64,000 nt of DNA from Candidatus Cloacimonadales bacterium (GTDB lineage Bacteria; Cloacimonadota; Cloacimonadia; Cloacimonadales; DAONDQ01), in assembly GCA_963662275.1 (NCBI GenBank), contig OY759316.1, forward strand, positions 544,001 to 608,000, in the 5' to 3' direction. This document shows, piece by piece, positions 48,985-58,803 of the stretch. The notes under the pieces are model-generated. The model was not told the origin of the DNA. It saw only the letters and a program-made list of their open reading frames with translations, and did not search any database. Position 1 is the stretch's first letter, and each line of letters starts with the position of its first letter. The translations under genes and the position numbers were made by a program.

Positions 48985-50172
48985 CTAATCACTCAAAATA
49001 TACTGTGATATATAATGGGTGATGCTATTTGATTGTATTTCCAATTTCTCACGCTTATCGCTACTGATTATAAAATATCCATATCTGTCAAGACTATTCT
49101 TCACTATCCAAGTCATGCTGTTGACCATTAAATCGCACGTAAATTCTTCAATACAAGGAAACTTCTGCTTCAACTCTTGTTCATTTGGAAGATGTTTTAT
49201 CATCTGGTTTGTGGGTAAATTAAGATAAGTTATCATCGAGGCTTTATTCTCAATAGAATATTGGGGTTGATCACCAATAGCTATTAAGATGACTTGCTTT
49301 TCCATATTCACGGTTGTTGATAACGGAACGAGACGAGAAGTAATATAATCTCCTCCCAGCCTTGGACCAATCTCAATAATCGTAATTTTACCATCATGTA
49401 TTTTCAATTCAGCATGAATTGCAGTATTATTTAAACCAGCCTGTGTTAAAACTTTCTGCAACAGAACGTGGAGTGAGAGTTTGAAGTCCATTGTGTACTT
49501 TGATGGTTGAATATGTCCTAATTCGACATTATACGGAGGGGGAGTAACGATTTTATCGGTTATCTGTATCAGTGTTAGCACATTCTTGTATATAAATGCT
49601 TCTACACTGATTTCATCTCCTTCCAGATATCCTTCCATAATAAACTCATCAATAGTAGAATATCGCAAGGTTTCTTCAACAGATTTCAAAAGAAAATCAT
49701 ATGAATCACATTTTATAACCCCTCGACTTCCGGAATTTCGAAGTGGTTTAATAATGACTGGGAATGCTATCTCATCTTCCCTGGGAATAGTATTTATATG
49801 ATAAACTCCTCCCTGGGCATGCCGAAATGAATTAGCTTTTAAAAATTCTTTGAATTTACCTTTATTAAGAACTAATTCAACGCTTTCATAAGAAGGAAAT
49901 ACTAAATTCATTGCTTTTGCAATACGCGCCATCATTGAGATCGGATGATCTGTCGCAGCCGTTACAACACCCGAAATATTATGTTTTTGTGCAAGTTGAA
50001 GCGTATATTCATAGTCATTTCCAGCTACCACGTAGAAATAGTCAGCAATGGTATTGGCTTCTGCATTAGGATTCGGATCAATGACAACCGATTCAAAACC
50101 CATCTCTTTTGCCGTTTGTATGATCGAAATTTGGAGACCACCTCCTCCAAAAATCATGATGGCTTTATTCAC
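48985..50172 (-). CDS. ATP-grasp ligase (L-amino-acid ligase-like)
   Basis: GGGGLQ, PVIIKP..SGSRGV, GDEISVE, ITDK, HAELK, IEIGPRLGGD. Confidence 0.82.
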   Translation of the reverse strand: MNKAIMIFGGGGLQISIIQTAKEMGFESVVIDPNPNAEANTIADYFYVVAGNDYEYTLQLAQKHNISGVVTAATDHPISMMARIAKAMNLVFPSYESVELVLNKGKFKEFLKANSFRHAQGGVYHINTIPREDEIAFPVIIKPLRNSGSRGVIKCDSYDFLLKSVEETLRYSTIDEFIMEGYLEGDEISVEAFIYKNVLTLIQITDKIVTPPPYNVELGHIQPSKYTMDFKLSLHVLLQKVLTQAGLNNTAIHAELKIHDGKITIIEIGPRLGGDYITSRLVPLSTTVNMEKQVILIAIGDQPQYSIENKASMITYLNLPTNQMIKHLPNEQELKQKFPCIEEFTCDLMVNSMTWIVKNSLDRYGYFIISSDKREKLEIQSNSITHYISQYILSD

Positions 50173-51305
50173 ATCTGTTCCAAAATTAATGCAAGTTCTG
50201 AGACTATTAGATCAATCTGTTGTATCGTTAATCCTGAATAGATTGGAAGCGTAATTTCGTGGTCAGTGGCAAAATCGGTTTCAGGTAAATCGGCATGATA
50301 GTTTTTATATATTGAGAATCTATGTGCCGCTGGATAATGTATGCTTGTTTGAATTCCTATTGTATGTAACTTGTCACGCACTCTATCACGATACTCATAA
50401 TCACCATTATTTAAGATAATGGGGAATATGTAATTAGAACAGAATTCCTGATGATCTTTAAAGGGAATAGTAATATTAGGAATTGTACTCAGCTTTTCCA
50501 GATAATACTTACGGAGTATCATTCTTTTTTGTAGATCAACGTATAATTTGCGAAGTTGAACGATGGCAATGGATGCTCGGATATCATCCATCCGATAATT
50601 ATAGCCTAAAGCTACAACATCATAGGAAGTCGAATGTCCGGAAGCTCGTTCATATGACATGGAAGTCATTCCATGAGAGCGGAGCAATTTGATTTTGGCA
50701 GCATACTCATCGTTATTTGTAATGATCATACCGCCTTCACCTGTAGAAATATTCTTATTGGAAAAAAAACTGAAACAACCTAAATCTCCAATTGTTCCTA
50801 ATTTTTGATGATGATATTCGGAAAGAGGTCCATGACAGGCATCTTCAATTACCTTTAAATTATGTTTTTCAGCAATTGCCATAATTTCATCCATCTTGCA
50901 GGGGAAACCAGCAAAATGCATGACAGCAATGGCTTTTGTACGAGGAGTAATCTTCTTTTCGATATCAACGGGATCTATCGTTAAGTCATCTTTCGAAATA
51001 ATATCACAAAAAACGGGAGTTGCCCTGACATAAAGTATAGAATTCACGGTAGCTACAAATGTCATGGCAGGAACAAGAACCTCATCCCCGTCTCCAATGC
51101 CTGCAACTTCAAATGCCAAATGCAATGCCACCGTACAGTTTGTTAAGGCAATTGCATGCTTGACTCCAAGCATGGATGCAAACATGTTTTCCAGTTCAAT
51201 ATTCTTTGGACCTGTCGAAATCCACTTGGAATGTATTGTCTCTAAGGCAGCTTTTTCTTCTTCATGGTCAAAATTCAAATCAAAAAGTGGTATATTATAA
51301 CTCAT
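50169..51305 (-). CDS. DegT/DnrJ/EryC1/StrS sugar aminotransferase
   Basis: NCTVALHLA, TFVAT, IEDACH, FSFFSNKNISTGEGG, GYNYRM. Confidence 0.92.
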   Translation of the reverse strand: MSYNIPLFDLNFDHEEEKAALETIHSKWISTGPKNIELENMFASMLGVKHAIALTNCTVALHLAFEVAGIGDGDEVLVPAMTFVATVNSILYVRATPVFCDIISKDDLTIDPVDIEKKITPRTKAIAVMHFAGFPCKMDEIMAIAEKHNLKVIEDACHGPLSEYHHQKLGTIGDLGCFSFFSNKNISTGEGGMIITNNDEYAAKIKLLRSHGMTSMSYERASGHSTSYDVVALGYNYRMDDIRASIAIVQLRKLYVDLQKRMILRKYYLEKLSTIPNITIPFKDHQEFCSNYIFPIILNNGDYEYRDRVRDKLHTIGIQTSIHYPAAHRFSIYKNYHADLPETDFATDHEITLPIYSGLTIQQIDLIVSELALILEQM

Positions 51306-51320
51306 ACTTAATCCTGGGTT

Positions 51321-52292
51321 CTAAACATTATAAATGTCAGTTTTATAAAGAGAGAGGTTCTCGTTTAAGAATTCAATCGTTTCACGAATACCGGAATCAA
51401 GATTATATGAAGGTTTCCAATCCGTATTCTCCATAATTTTCTGATTTGCACAATATAAACGTTCAACCTCGCTTTTACCAGGTCTTATCCGTTCATCATC
51501 CGTCTTTATCTCTATAGGAATTTGTAATAAATTACTTATCTTTTTTACCAAATCACCAATGGAGATTTCTTCACACATTCCAATATTTGTCACTTCTCCA
51601 AATAAACGATCTGATTGAAGAATAGAGATAAAGCCTCGAACTGTATCTTTTACAAATGTCAAGTCTCTTGTGGGATGCAAATTACCTAGATTGAGTTCTG
51701 TCTTACCGCTGAGTATTTGAGTAATGACAGTAGGAATTATCGCACGTGCTGATTGCCTCGGTCCATAAGTATTAAATGGTCTGACTATTTTTACCGGCAA
51801 GCCAAATGAACGGTAATAACTGATTGCCATTTGATCTGCTGCAATTTTAGATGCAGAATAGGGTGATTGACCAACAAGCGGGTGATTCTCATCAATGGGA
51901 ACATATTGAGCGGTTCCATATGTTTCACTTGTCGAAGTGACAAGAATGTTTTCCAAACTTCGTACTCTTGCGGTTTGAAGAACATTGTATGTACCTTCAA
52001 TATTGGTACGAATATAAGCTAAGGGCGAAACATAAGAATACGGAATACCGATGAGAGCAGCTAAATGAAGAACAGTGGAACATCCATCCATCGCATCATA
52101 TACAGAATCATAGTCGCGTATATCTCCGGTTACGATTTCCATATCGTTCTTGTACTTTGAATTTTCCAACCAACCCCAAAAATTCTTGGAGTTGTAATGG
52201 ACAAATGCTTTTACTTCATAACCCAACTCAACACAATATTCTGCCAAATGTGAACCAATAAAACCGCCTGCTCCAGTGATCAGTAATTTCAT
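51321..52292 (-). CDS. NDP-sugar 4,6-dehydratase, LegB-like
   Basis: ITGAGGFIGSHL, HLAALIGIPYSY, TSTSETYGTA, QSPYSASK, RPFNTYGPRQSARA. Confidence 0.85.
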   Translation of the reverse strand: MKLLITGAGGFIGSHLAEYCVELGYEVKAFVHYNSKNFWGWLENSKYKNDMEIVTGDIRDYDSVYDAMDGCSTVLHLAALIGIPYSYVSPLAYIRTNIEGTYNVLQTARVRSLENILVTSTSETYGTAQYVPIDENHPLVGQSPYSASKIAADQMAISYYRSFGLPVKIVRPFNTYGPRQSARAIIPTVITQILSGKTELNLGNLHPTRDLTFVKDTVRGFISILQSDRLFGEVTNIGMCEEISIGDLVKKISNLLQIPIEIKTDDERIRPGKSEVERLYCANQKIMENTDWKPSYNLDSGIRETIEFLNENLSLYKTDIYNV

Positions 52293-52418
52293 CTTATTTC
52301 CTTATCTACTTTTTTTATTTGTGTTGCATGATTAACCTTCAAATCACGAAACTCTATCCTGATAAGATTTGTAAAAAATCCTGATATTTGGGTTTATTTC
52401 TCAGTAATTTATTGGTTA

Positions 52419-53117
52419 TCAATTCCCTGAAAAATGCTCCTGATAGACTTCTTGTGCTTTTTCGTAATCGTTAATACGACCAATATCGAGCCAATATTCT
52501 TTCAAATCAAATTTCGAAACAGGAATTTTATCATGCAGAAGGTTCTTAATCAGGCTATCCATACCAAAATAGGTATCGTCTGGTATATAGTCAAATATCT
52601 GGGGAGTCATCACATAGATGCCAGCAAGAAGATAGAGGACGATATCTGGCTTTTCCTGGATATCTGTAACATAGTCTCCATCAAAAAAGATATTTCCAAA
52701 GGCAAATGGTGTTATATCTTTCTTGACTGTGATCGTTAAAACTGTTTGTTTTTGTTTAGCAAAATCGTACAAATTTGAGAAATTGAGCAAAGTTAAAATA
52801 TCACCGTTCATAACGAGGAATGGCTCCGTAAGTTCCTTCTTCAAAAGCGTCAGGGGACCAGCAGTACCGAGAGGTTTTTCTTCTCGGCTGATACTAAGTT
52901 TCACACCATAGCGTGTACCATCACCGAAGAAATTTTCTATATAATTTGATTTATAATTCGTTGCTAAGAATATTTCATCAAAGCCGTGCTTTTTGAGATG
53001 CTCGATTTGAATCTCCATGACAGCTTTTTCCCCAATTGGCAATAAGGGTTTGGGAATCACTTCCGTAAATGGTTTAAGTCTCGTGCCTAAACCTCCAGCT
53101 AGAATCACTGCTTTCAT
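52419..53117 (-). CDS. Sugar-1-phosphate nucleotidyltransferase
   Basis: ILAGGLGTRLKP...PKPL, PLGTAG, MNGDIL, EKP, WLDIG. Confidence 0.9.
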   Translation of the reverse strand: MKAVILAGGLGTRLKPFTEVIPKPLLPIGEKAVMEIQIEHLKKHGFDEIFLATNYKSNYIENFFGDGTRYGVKLSISREEKPLGTAGPLTLLKKELTEPFLVMNGDILTLLNFSNLYDFAKQKQTVLTITVKKDITPFAFGNIFFDGDYVTDIQEKPDIVLYLLAGIYVMTPQIFDYIPDDTYFGMDSLIKNLLHDKIPVSKFDLKEYWLDIGRINDYEKAQEVYQEHFSGN

Positions 53118-53138
53118 GAATTCACCTTTCTCGATATT

Positions 53139-54080
53139 TTAATACGATGCTTTTATGGATTCGACTGTCTTAATTAATCCTGATTTAAAATTAACCAATG
53201 GTTTGAATTGCAGTCCTTCACCAGCTTTTTTTATACTGGCTAAGGAATGCTTTACATCTCCTGCTCGTTCCGGAGATAGAATCGGTTCTATCTTTGTACC
53301 TAATATCTCATTAAGAGATTCCACTAACTCCAGTAGAGTAAATCTTTCGCCACAAGCTATATTGAAAACATTACCGGCAACTCCGGGAGCTGTACATGCA
53401 ATAATATTCGCTGCCACATTATTATCCACGTAAGTAAAATCCCTGGATTGCGTCCCATCTCCATAGATGACAGGTCTGATATTCTTCATCATACATGTGA
53501 TGAATTTGGGTATGACTGCACTATATTGCGATGTGGGATCCTGGTTTGGACCAAATACGTTGAAATAACGAAGGCATACTGTTTCCAAATTATACAGGCT
53601 TGTATATATCTGGCAATAACGTTCTGCAGCATACTTCGTCAAAGCATATGGTGAAAGTGGTGCAACAGGCATATCCTCTTGTTTTGGCATAATTTCACTA
53701 TTTCCATAAACAGAGGACGATGAAGCATAAATTACCCTTTTCACACCAAACTCACGAGAAGCTTCCAGCACATTCAAGGTTCCTAGAATATTCACATCGT
53801 TCGTTGTTATGGGATCATTAATACTACGGGGAACAGAAGGTAGTGCACCTTGGTGAAGAACATAATCCACCCCTTTCACAGCACTGCGAACAATATGGAA
53901 ACTGCGTAAATCACCTTCGAACATTTCAAAATTGGGATTTGTCATAAATGGCAGAATATTACTTCGTTTTCCAGTGGCAAAGTTATCCAGAACCCGAATC
54001 TTGTATCCTTTATCTAAAAGCGTTTTTACAATATTCGAACCAATAAAACCGGCACCACCTGTAACCAAAAAAGTATTCAT
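53139..54080 (-). CDS. UDP-GlcNAc(A) 4-epimerase, WbpP/TviC-like
   Basis: TGGAGFIGSN, HQGALPSVPRS, ASSSSVYG, SPYALTK, LRYFNVFGPNQDP, QSRDFTY. Confidence 0.88.
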   Translation of the reverse strand: MNTFLVTGGAGFIGSNIVKTLLDKGYKIRVLDNFATGKRSNILPFMTNPNFEMFEGDLRSFHIVRSAVKGVDYVLHQGALPSVPRSINDPITTNDVNILGTLNVLEASREFGVKRVIYASSSSVYGNSEIMPKQEDMPVAPLSPYALTKYAAERYCQIYTSLYNLETVCLRYFNVFGPNQDPTSQYSAVIPKFITCMMKNIRPVIYGDGTQSRDFTYVDNNVAANIIACTAPGVAGNVFNIACGERFTLLELVESLNEILGTKIEPILSPERAGDVKHSLASIKKAGEGLQFKPLVNFKSGLIKTVESIKASY

Positions 54081-54240
54081 CTCAACTCTCCGTAAAAAAT
54101 GAGTAATTTGTATGTTATTCTCAGTTCCAAATTATCTACAAAATGAAGAATTATTCTTAATTTGTAATAACAACCAGCTTACATCTATCAAATTAGAGTT
54201 GTTTTTGTCAATTATTATGTCAGAATCCTATGTGGATATG

Positions 54241-56325
54241 CTATTCAATAAATACCAGTTTACGTGTCTGTACCTGCGAACCAGACTGCATATTAATCAA
54301 GTAGATACCTGATTTGATTTTCTTCCCATCTGAATCCTGGCAATTCCATGAAGATATAAAAACTCCTTGCTTTCCACCTTGTCCAGATAGTGAACGTACC
54401 AACTGCCCCTTGATGTTATAGATTTTGAAGATAACACTGTGCGTTGTTACAGACCGATATTTTAATGATACAGTATTACTATCGGACATGTGTCGCAAAA
54501 GAGCAGGATTGGGATATACTCCGAGGAATATATCATGAGTAAATATCGCAGATTGATCATCATTATTCGTGGCTGGTACAACTGTAAAATGACGGCATCG
54601 GGAAGATGAGGAATTAGCTGGAATTGAGATATCAGAGGCATTTACCTGGTAATAAACGGTATCTCCAGCGTTGATATTATCAATTGGAATTTCAAAAGAA
54701 TAATCCCTATTATTAACCGAGACTGGATTGAGTGAGTATGAAAGAACGGTGGTATCTATACCATATACTAAATTTACCTGGTCGATACCTGAATTATCGG
54801 TCACATGAGCAATTGTCTGGTAAGGGAAAGCAGCAAGGGTAATATTTGGAATTGGACTTATATCAATAACTGGTGCCAAACTATCAGATGAAATGCTAAA
54901 CCGGAATGGATCAAAAACTCCCATTCTTGGAACATTGGCACTATGACCTGATTCATCAGCTCCATGTATGTAATATTGAACCTGGGACCCCGGTGGTATT
55001 ATAGGCAGTGTGACTTCGCATAAAGAAGGATTTGATTCATTTTGTACTAGATTCAAAGATTGGAAAGAACCGTTATTTATTTTATAATAGATTTTTAGAG
55101 AATCAGAATAAAGACGCATTCCGCTATGAGCGATGAAATTAACACTCAATGAAATGGGATGCCCATACAAATATGCCCCGTGAAGCGGAAGATGGTCGAT
55201 AAATAGCATATCTTTATCAATGATTTCATGAACTCTACAATGTAATGCATCCGTTGATTCCCAAGGCGTAGATGAAGCAGCCATGAACCCAATGACTTCA
55301 TAACCCGGTAGTGCATTTTTATATGCTTGGAGTGCAGGATCATCTGCGATATCAGAAATCTGTGGTACAAAAACTTTATTATTCAATATCAGTGAGTTAG
55401 TATATGGCTGATCTTCGGGAGTGGATACACGGTAGACTTGAAATGGATAACCGTAACCACAATTATGGGTTGTGTAATAGTTTGCCGTTGCTTCAATAGC
55501 ACTATACTGAGGATGAGAAGTGGGAACAGATCTAATCAGTACTTTATCGGGTGCCAGGAATTTACCCCAGCAATCAATATGGTCGATATAAGTATTATTC
55601 GGATCATCAAGAACATAGAAGTTTTCAATTCCCATATAATCACGCATTTTCTGGTTTACATTAGTTTGATTATCACCATTTTCTGTATAAGTTATTTTGG
55701 TTTGAGAGGCTGTGTGATAACCGTCAGTCATAAAATTTCCACCGGTTTCCTGGAGATTCATTCCATATAAAGGAATATCATTCATTGAGGCAAAAGTCCG
55801 CGGTAATTCATCATCATTGGGACGGGGGCGATTATATACAAAATCCACTAGACCAAGCTGATTATTGCCATCAAAAACAAACCAAGGTCCGAAATCTCTT
55901 GTCCAATATGAATCTGTAGGTGCTATCATGAAACTACAATTCTCCATATACACACCATTACTTTGATATGCTGTAATCGCCTGGTTCTGTTGTGATGTAC
56001 TTGCAACAATAGTAATGACCTTTACATCTTGAGACAATTCAGCAATCAGCGTATAGGGAATACCTAGAGGCCAACGAATCAGGGCTCCTGTCGATTGCTC
56101 AAATTCAGCTACTGCACGAACCGGTGCTACGGGAGGATTTGTTTCCTGGAATATGCGTGTATTCTGATTTATGCCGGCTGCTTCGTCGGGAGTCATCCAA
56201 TGTGGCAGCATACCCGGATGAAGCTGGTTCCAGTCTTGTGTCATTTTTTGCATATCAAATTGATTTTTTGCCGACAAACTCATCATCAAAGTCAAGAACA
56301 AAAATAAGATCAGTCCACGTTTCAC
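54241..56325 (-). CDS. Secreted agmatine/peptidylarginine deiminase family protein with FlgD/T9SS-like C-terminal domain
   Basis: GTG start after GGAGG gives signal peptide MKRGLILFLFL; AEFE, WTRDFGP, GGNFMTDG, HID, YTN, LHC; C-terminal YPNP...IYNIKGQLV...SGIY. Confidence 0.85.
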   Translation of the reverse strand: MKRGLILFLFLTLMMSLSAKNQFDMQKMTQDWNQLHPGMLPHWMTPDEAAGINQNTRIFQETNPPVAPVRAVAEFEQSTGALIRWPLGIPYTLIAELSQDVKVITIVASTSQQNQAITAYQSNGVYMENCSFMIAPTDSYWTRDFGPWFVFDGNNQLGLVDFVYNRPRPNDDELPRTFASMNDIPLYGMNLQETGGNFMTDGYHTASQTKITYTENGDNQTNVNQKMRDYMGIENFYVLDDPNNTYIDHIDCWGKFLAPDKVLIRSVPTSHPQYSAIEATANYYTTHNCGYGYPFQVYRVSTPEDQPYTNSLILNNKVFVPQISDIADDPALQAYKNALPGYEVIGFMAASSTPWESTDALHCRVHEIIDKDMLFIDHLPLHGAYLYGHPISLSVNFIAHSGMRLYSDSLKIYYKINNGSFQSLNLVQNESNPSLCEVTLPIIPPGSQVQYYIHGADESGHSANVPRMGVFDPFRFSISSDSLAPVIDISPIPNITLAAFPYQTIAHVTDNSGIDQVNLVYGIDTTVLSYSLNPVSVNNRDYSFEIPIDNINAGDTVYYQVNASDISIPANSSSSRCRHFTVVPATNNDDQSAIFTHDIFLGVYPNPALLRHMSDSNTVSLKYRSVTTHSVIFKIYNIKGQLVRSLSGQGGKQGVFISSWNCQDSDGKKIKSGIYLINMQSGSQVQTRKLVFIE

Positions 56326-56986
56326 AAGTTCCTCCAAATACTGTTTCAGTTCTAATTTTATATACATTTTTTATGCCAATTTCGTGCTAAAGATTTCAAA
56401 TATCTTCACAATCCAGTTTTTATTGCTTTCTAAACTGAAATCGTCACCGAATTTTTGCTAAAGGGGTTATCATGCTATCATCTTGAGATTGAAATGCCTT
56501 GCCGGCACTTCCGTATGCAGGCATAAAGTTTTTCCTTTCCCTGTAAAAAGACCTGAGGTGTTAATTTTTTTATGCTAGCATACCGCAGGTATTTCTTCAA
56601 TTGCAGCAGTTGTTCTAGCAGTTCAGATATGTAGAATACACCATTACTATCGGGGATACAATATAACAATCCCGTACTTGATGTAATATGGCAGATACTG
56701 CCGGATAATTCTCATTTGTATGAAAGCATCGTTACCTTCCATTTATTATAAGTGCGATATGCTATTGCACAGCTTTCTCTACTATTCGTTAACGCACGCT
56801 GGGTAAAGATAAATAACACCTTTTTGTCTATATTGAAGAGTGTGTGTCGTGAGGTTTCTCATCGCATGGTGTACCTTTTGCCATCTCACCGTGTACATTT
56901 TACACCTTACTGAATAAGGCATTCTACCTAAATTATCTAAACTTTCTGCAACACTTTCTTAATTTAGCTCCTATTTCAGGAAGTAT

Positions 56987-57307
56987 CTATTCTTCAAGGC
57001 TTGCTGTTTCCAGCAGATGATTGATCTTGATTCTTGCTTTGGCAAAAAAAGTCCAGACAAGCATGCCGGAGTTCAAAATTCCTACGAAAACAACCATACT
57101 ACTACCAATTTATAGGAATTGCGGACTCCAGTATTCCTTAGCTACTTTTTTCCACAGAGTCAGATTTCAGATTAGCAGAGAAGAAACCACGAAAAAGACC
57201 AAAAACTCGAAAGGGGAACGGAGTATTCCAAAATTTGAGGAAACGGAAAAATATAAAATGGTCGAATAACCGGCTAAACCCGGAGCTTCCATCTGTTTTT
57301 TTTCCAT
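56987..57307 (-). pseudogene. Probable pseudogene of a small membrane protein
   Basis: AGGAG RBS and ATG right after the GNAT stop; 107-codon hydrophobic frame interrupted by TGA (57167-9) and TAA (57110-2). Confidence 0.45.
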
Positions 57308-57317
57308 TATTCATCTC

Positions 57318-58163
57318 CTACAACCCACTCCCTTCTGCAAACCATCTGAATATCAGCATATTGGGTTCTTCAGGCTTAGCCCAGAAGAAGAATCTGTGCT
57401 TTTTTAGTATGGGTATCATATTCGCTTGAGTAGCAGGTACGAGGATTTCAATTTCCTTTGAATTTCGAAAGAGGTAATTCAGAGCAGGTATCACTTCCAT
57501 CAGACTTTCTTCTGTGAGTGAAGGTATGACTGCACAGAGTTCGTAACCTCCAAGGTAAAAAATCGTTCTGCCAACTTGATATGCGTGCGCATGTTCTTTC
57601 ATCCATTTTCTTCCTGGTTTGGAATTTTGCACAGATTTCCAACCGTAGGGAAGATACGCTCCGTGATTTTCCAGGAGTGATTGAGGAAGTTCCACACTTT
57701 CCGGTTCGATTTGTCTTTTCGAGACAGAACGGCTAAGTACAAATGATTCATTGACGACCCGGAATCCGACCTTCTTTGCCATGCTAATGCTCTCAATATT
57801 CTTGTAGTATGTGCAAAATTCAATCGTTTTGCTTGTTCCCTGCTCTAATCTTAACAGAGCTTTTTTCATAAGAAAATTATTCAGTTGCTTTCCAAACCCA
57901 TGCTTGAGATAATCCGGATGAACTCGCAGTCCTTCCAGCCATACTACTTTCTCTGGAAATAGTGTCATTTTGGCAGTACCCACTATCTTTCCTTTGTATT
58001 CTGCTAAGTAAAAATTTCCATCATTGATCCATTCCTCAGCAATTCTTCCCAAGTAATCATCGCCCCCCCAAGTTAAATCCGAAATCTCACGGATACCAGC
58101 AAGATCTGATAACATGCATGGACGAATTGTTGCTTCCAACATCAATTTCTTTTTCTTACTCAT
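57318..58163 (-). CDS. GNAT family acetyltransferase
   Basis: DYL, WLEGLRVHPDYLKHGFG, NIESISMAKKVGF; start chosen after GGAG RBS. Confidence 0.8.
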   Translation of the reverse strand: MSKKKKLMLEATIRPCMLSDLAGIREISDLTWGGDDYLGRIAEEWINDGNFYLAEYKGKIVGTAKMTLFPEKVVWLEGLRVHPDYLKHGFGKQLNNFLMKKALLRLEQGTSKTIEFCTYYKNIESISMAKKVGFRVVNESFVLSRSVSKRQIEPESVELPQSLLENHGAYLPYGWKSVQNSKPGRKWMKEHAHAYQVGRTIFYLGGYELCAVIPSLTEESLMEVIPALNYLFRNSKEIEILVPATQANMIPILKKHRFFFWAKPEEPNMLIFRWFAEGSGL

Positions 58164-58692
58164 TTTGACTCCATATATTGACCAAATATATTCTCTCAAC
58201 AATATAAGCAACCTATTTTCATTGATGAATTCGGTTGAATTTCCGCTATCTATGTTGTAAATATTCAACATTTTTTCCATTATGCCACTATCTACATGCT
58301 TGATTTCATTGACTAACCTATCCTATTGTAATATGTTATGAATAATGTTCCTTATGGCTTCTCATCTGCATTGTTGATTAATCAAGCATCTCGTTGTGAA
58401 GGCACATTTAAGAAGAATTAATATGATATTCAGATTATTTGGCAGAAAACAAAATAATTTGAAATGAAATGAATGAAATGAAGTCTTTCAATATGAGTAC
58501 AAAATTTATTAAGCTGTTATTGACAACTGATCAACGAAGGATAATATTCAGCGTGATCTGGAAGAATTGATGATATGAACAGAGCGATCTGTATAGAATA
58601 ACGTCGTGGAGACAATGAAATGCATAACTGTCTTGTTTGTAGGACTTTTCAACTAGGAAAAGACAGGGAATGTCTTTCAAATGAATTTTTTT

Positions 58693-58721
58693 TTGACTGG
58701 ACATATTAACCGTGTTTTAAT
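58693..58721 (+). promoter_or_regulatory. Putative sigma70 promoter of the hybrid kinase
   Basis: TTGACT-17 bp-TTTAAT with extended -10 TG. Confidence 0.4.
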
Positions 58722-58803
58722 TACTTGGCAATTATTGGATAGACTTTGTTTGAATCGGAAGAAAACCTGAATTTAACTTGATTTAAGAGAAGGTAATAAA
58801 AAG

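Noticed and set aside
50169..53117. Legionaminic acid pathway
   Set aside because: LegB-like, aminotransferase and nucleotidyltransferase are present, but no hydrolysing epimerase, synthase or CMP-transferase in the window
56375..56389. Sigma54 promoter for the deiminase gene (minus strand TAGCACGAAATTGGC)
   Set aside because: Invariant GG at -24 is AG; too weak to call
56480..56950. Retron msr-msd or group II intron remnant
   Set aside because: No reverse transcriptase nearby and no recognisable domain V or long msd hairpin
58461..58483. GAAAT/GAAT microsatellite upstream of the hybrid kinase
   Set aside because: Short, imperfect low-complexity run with no supporting context
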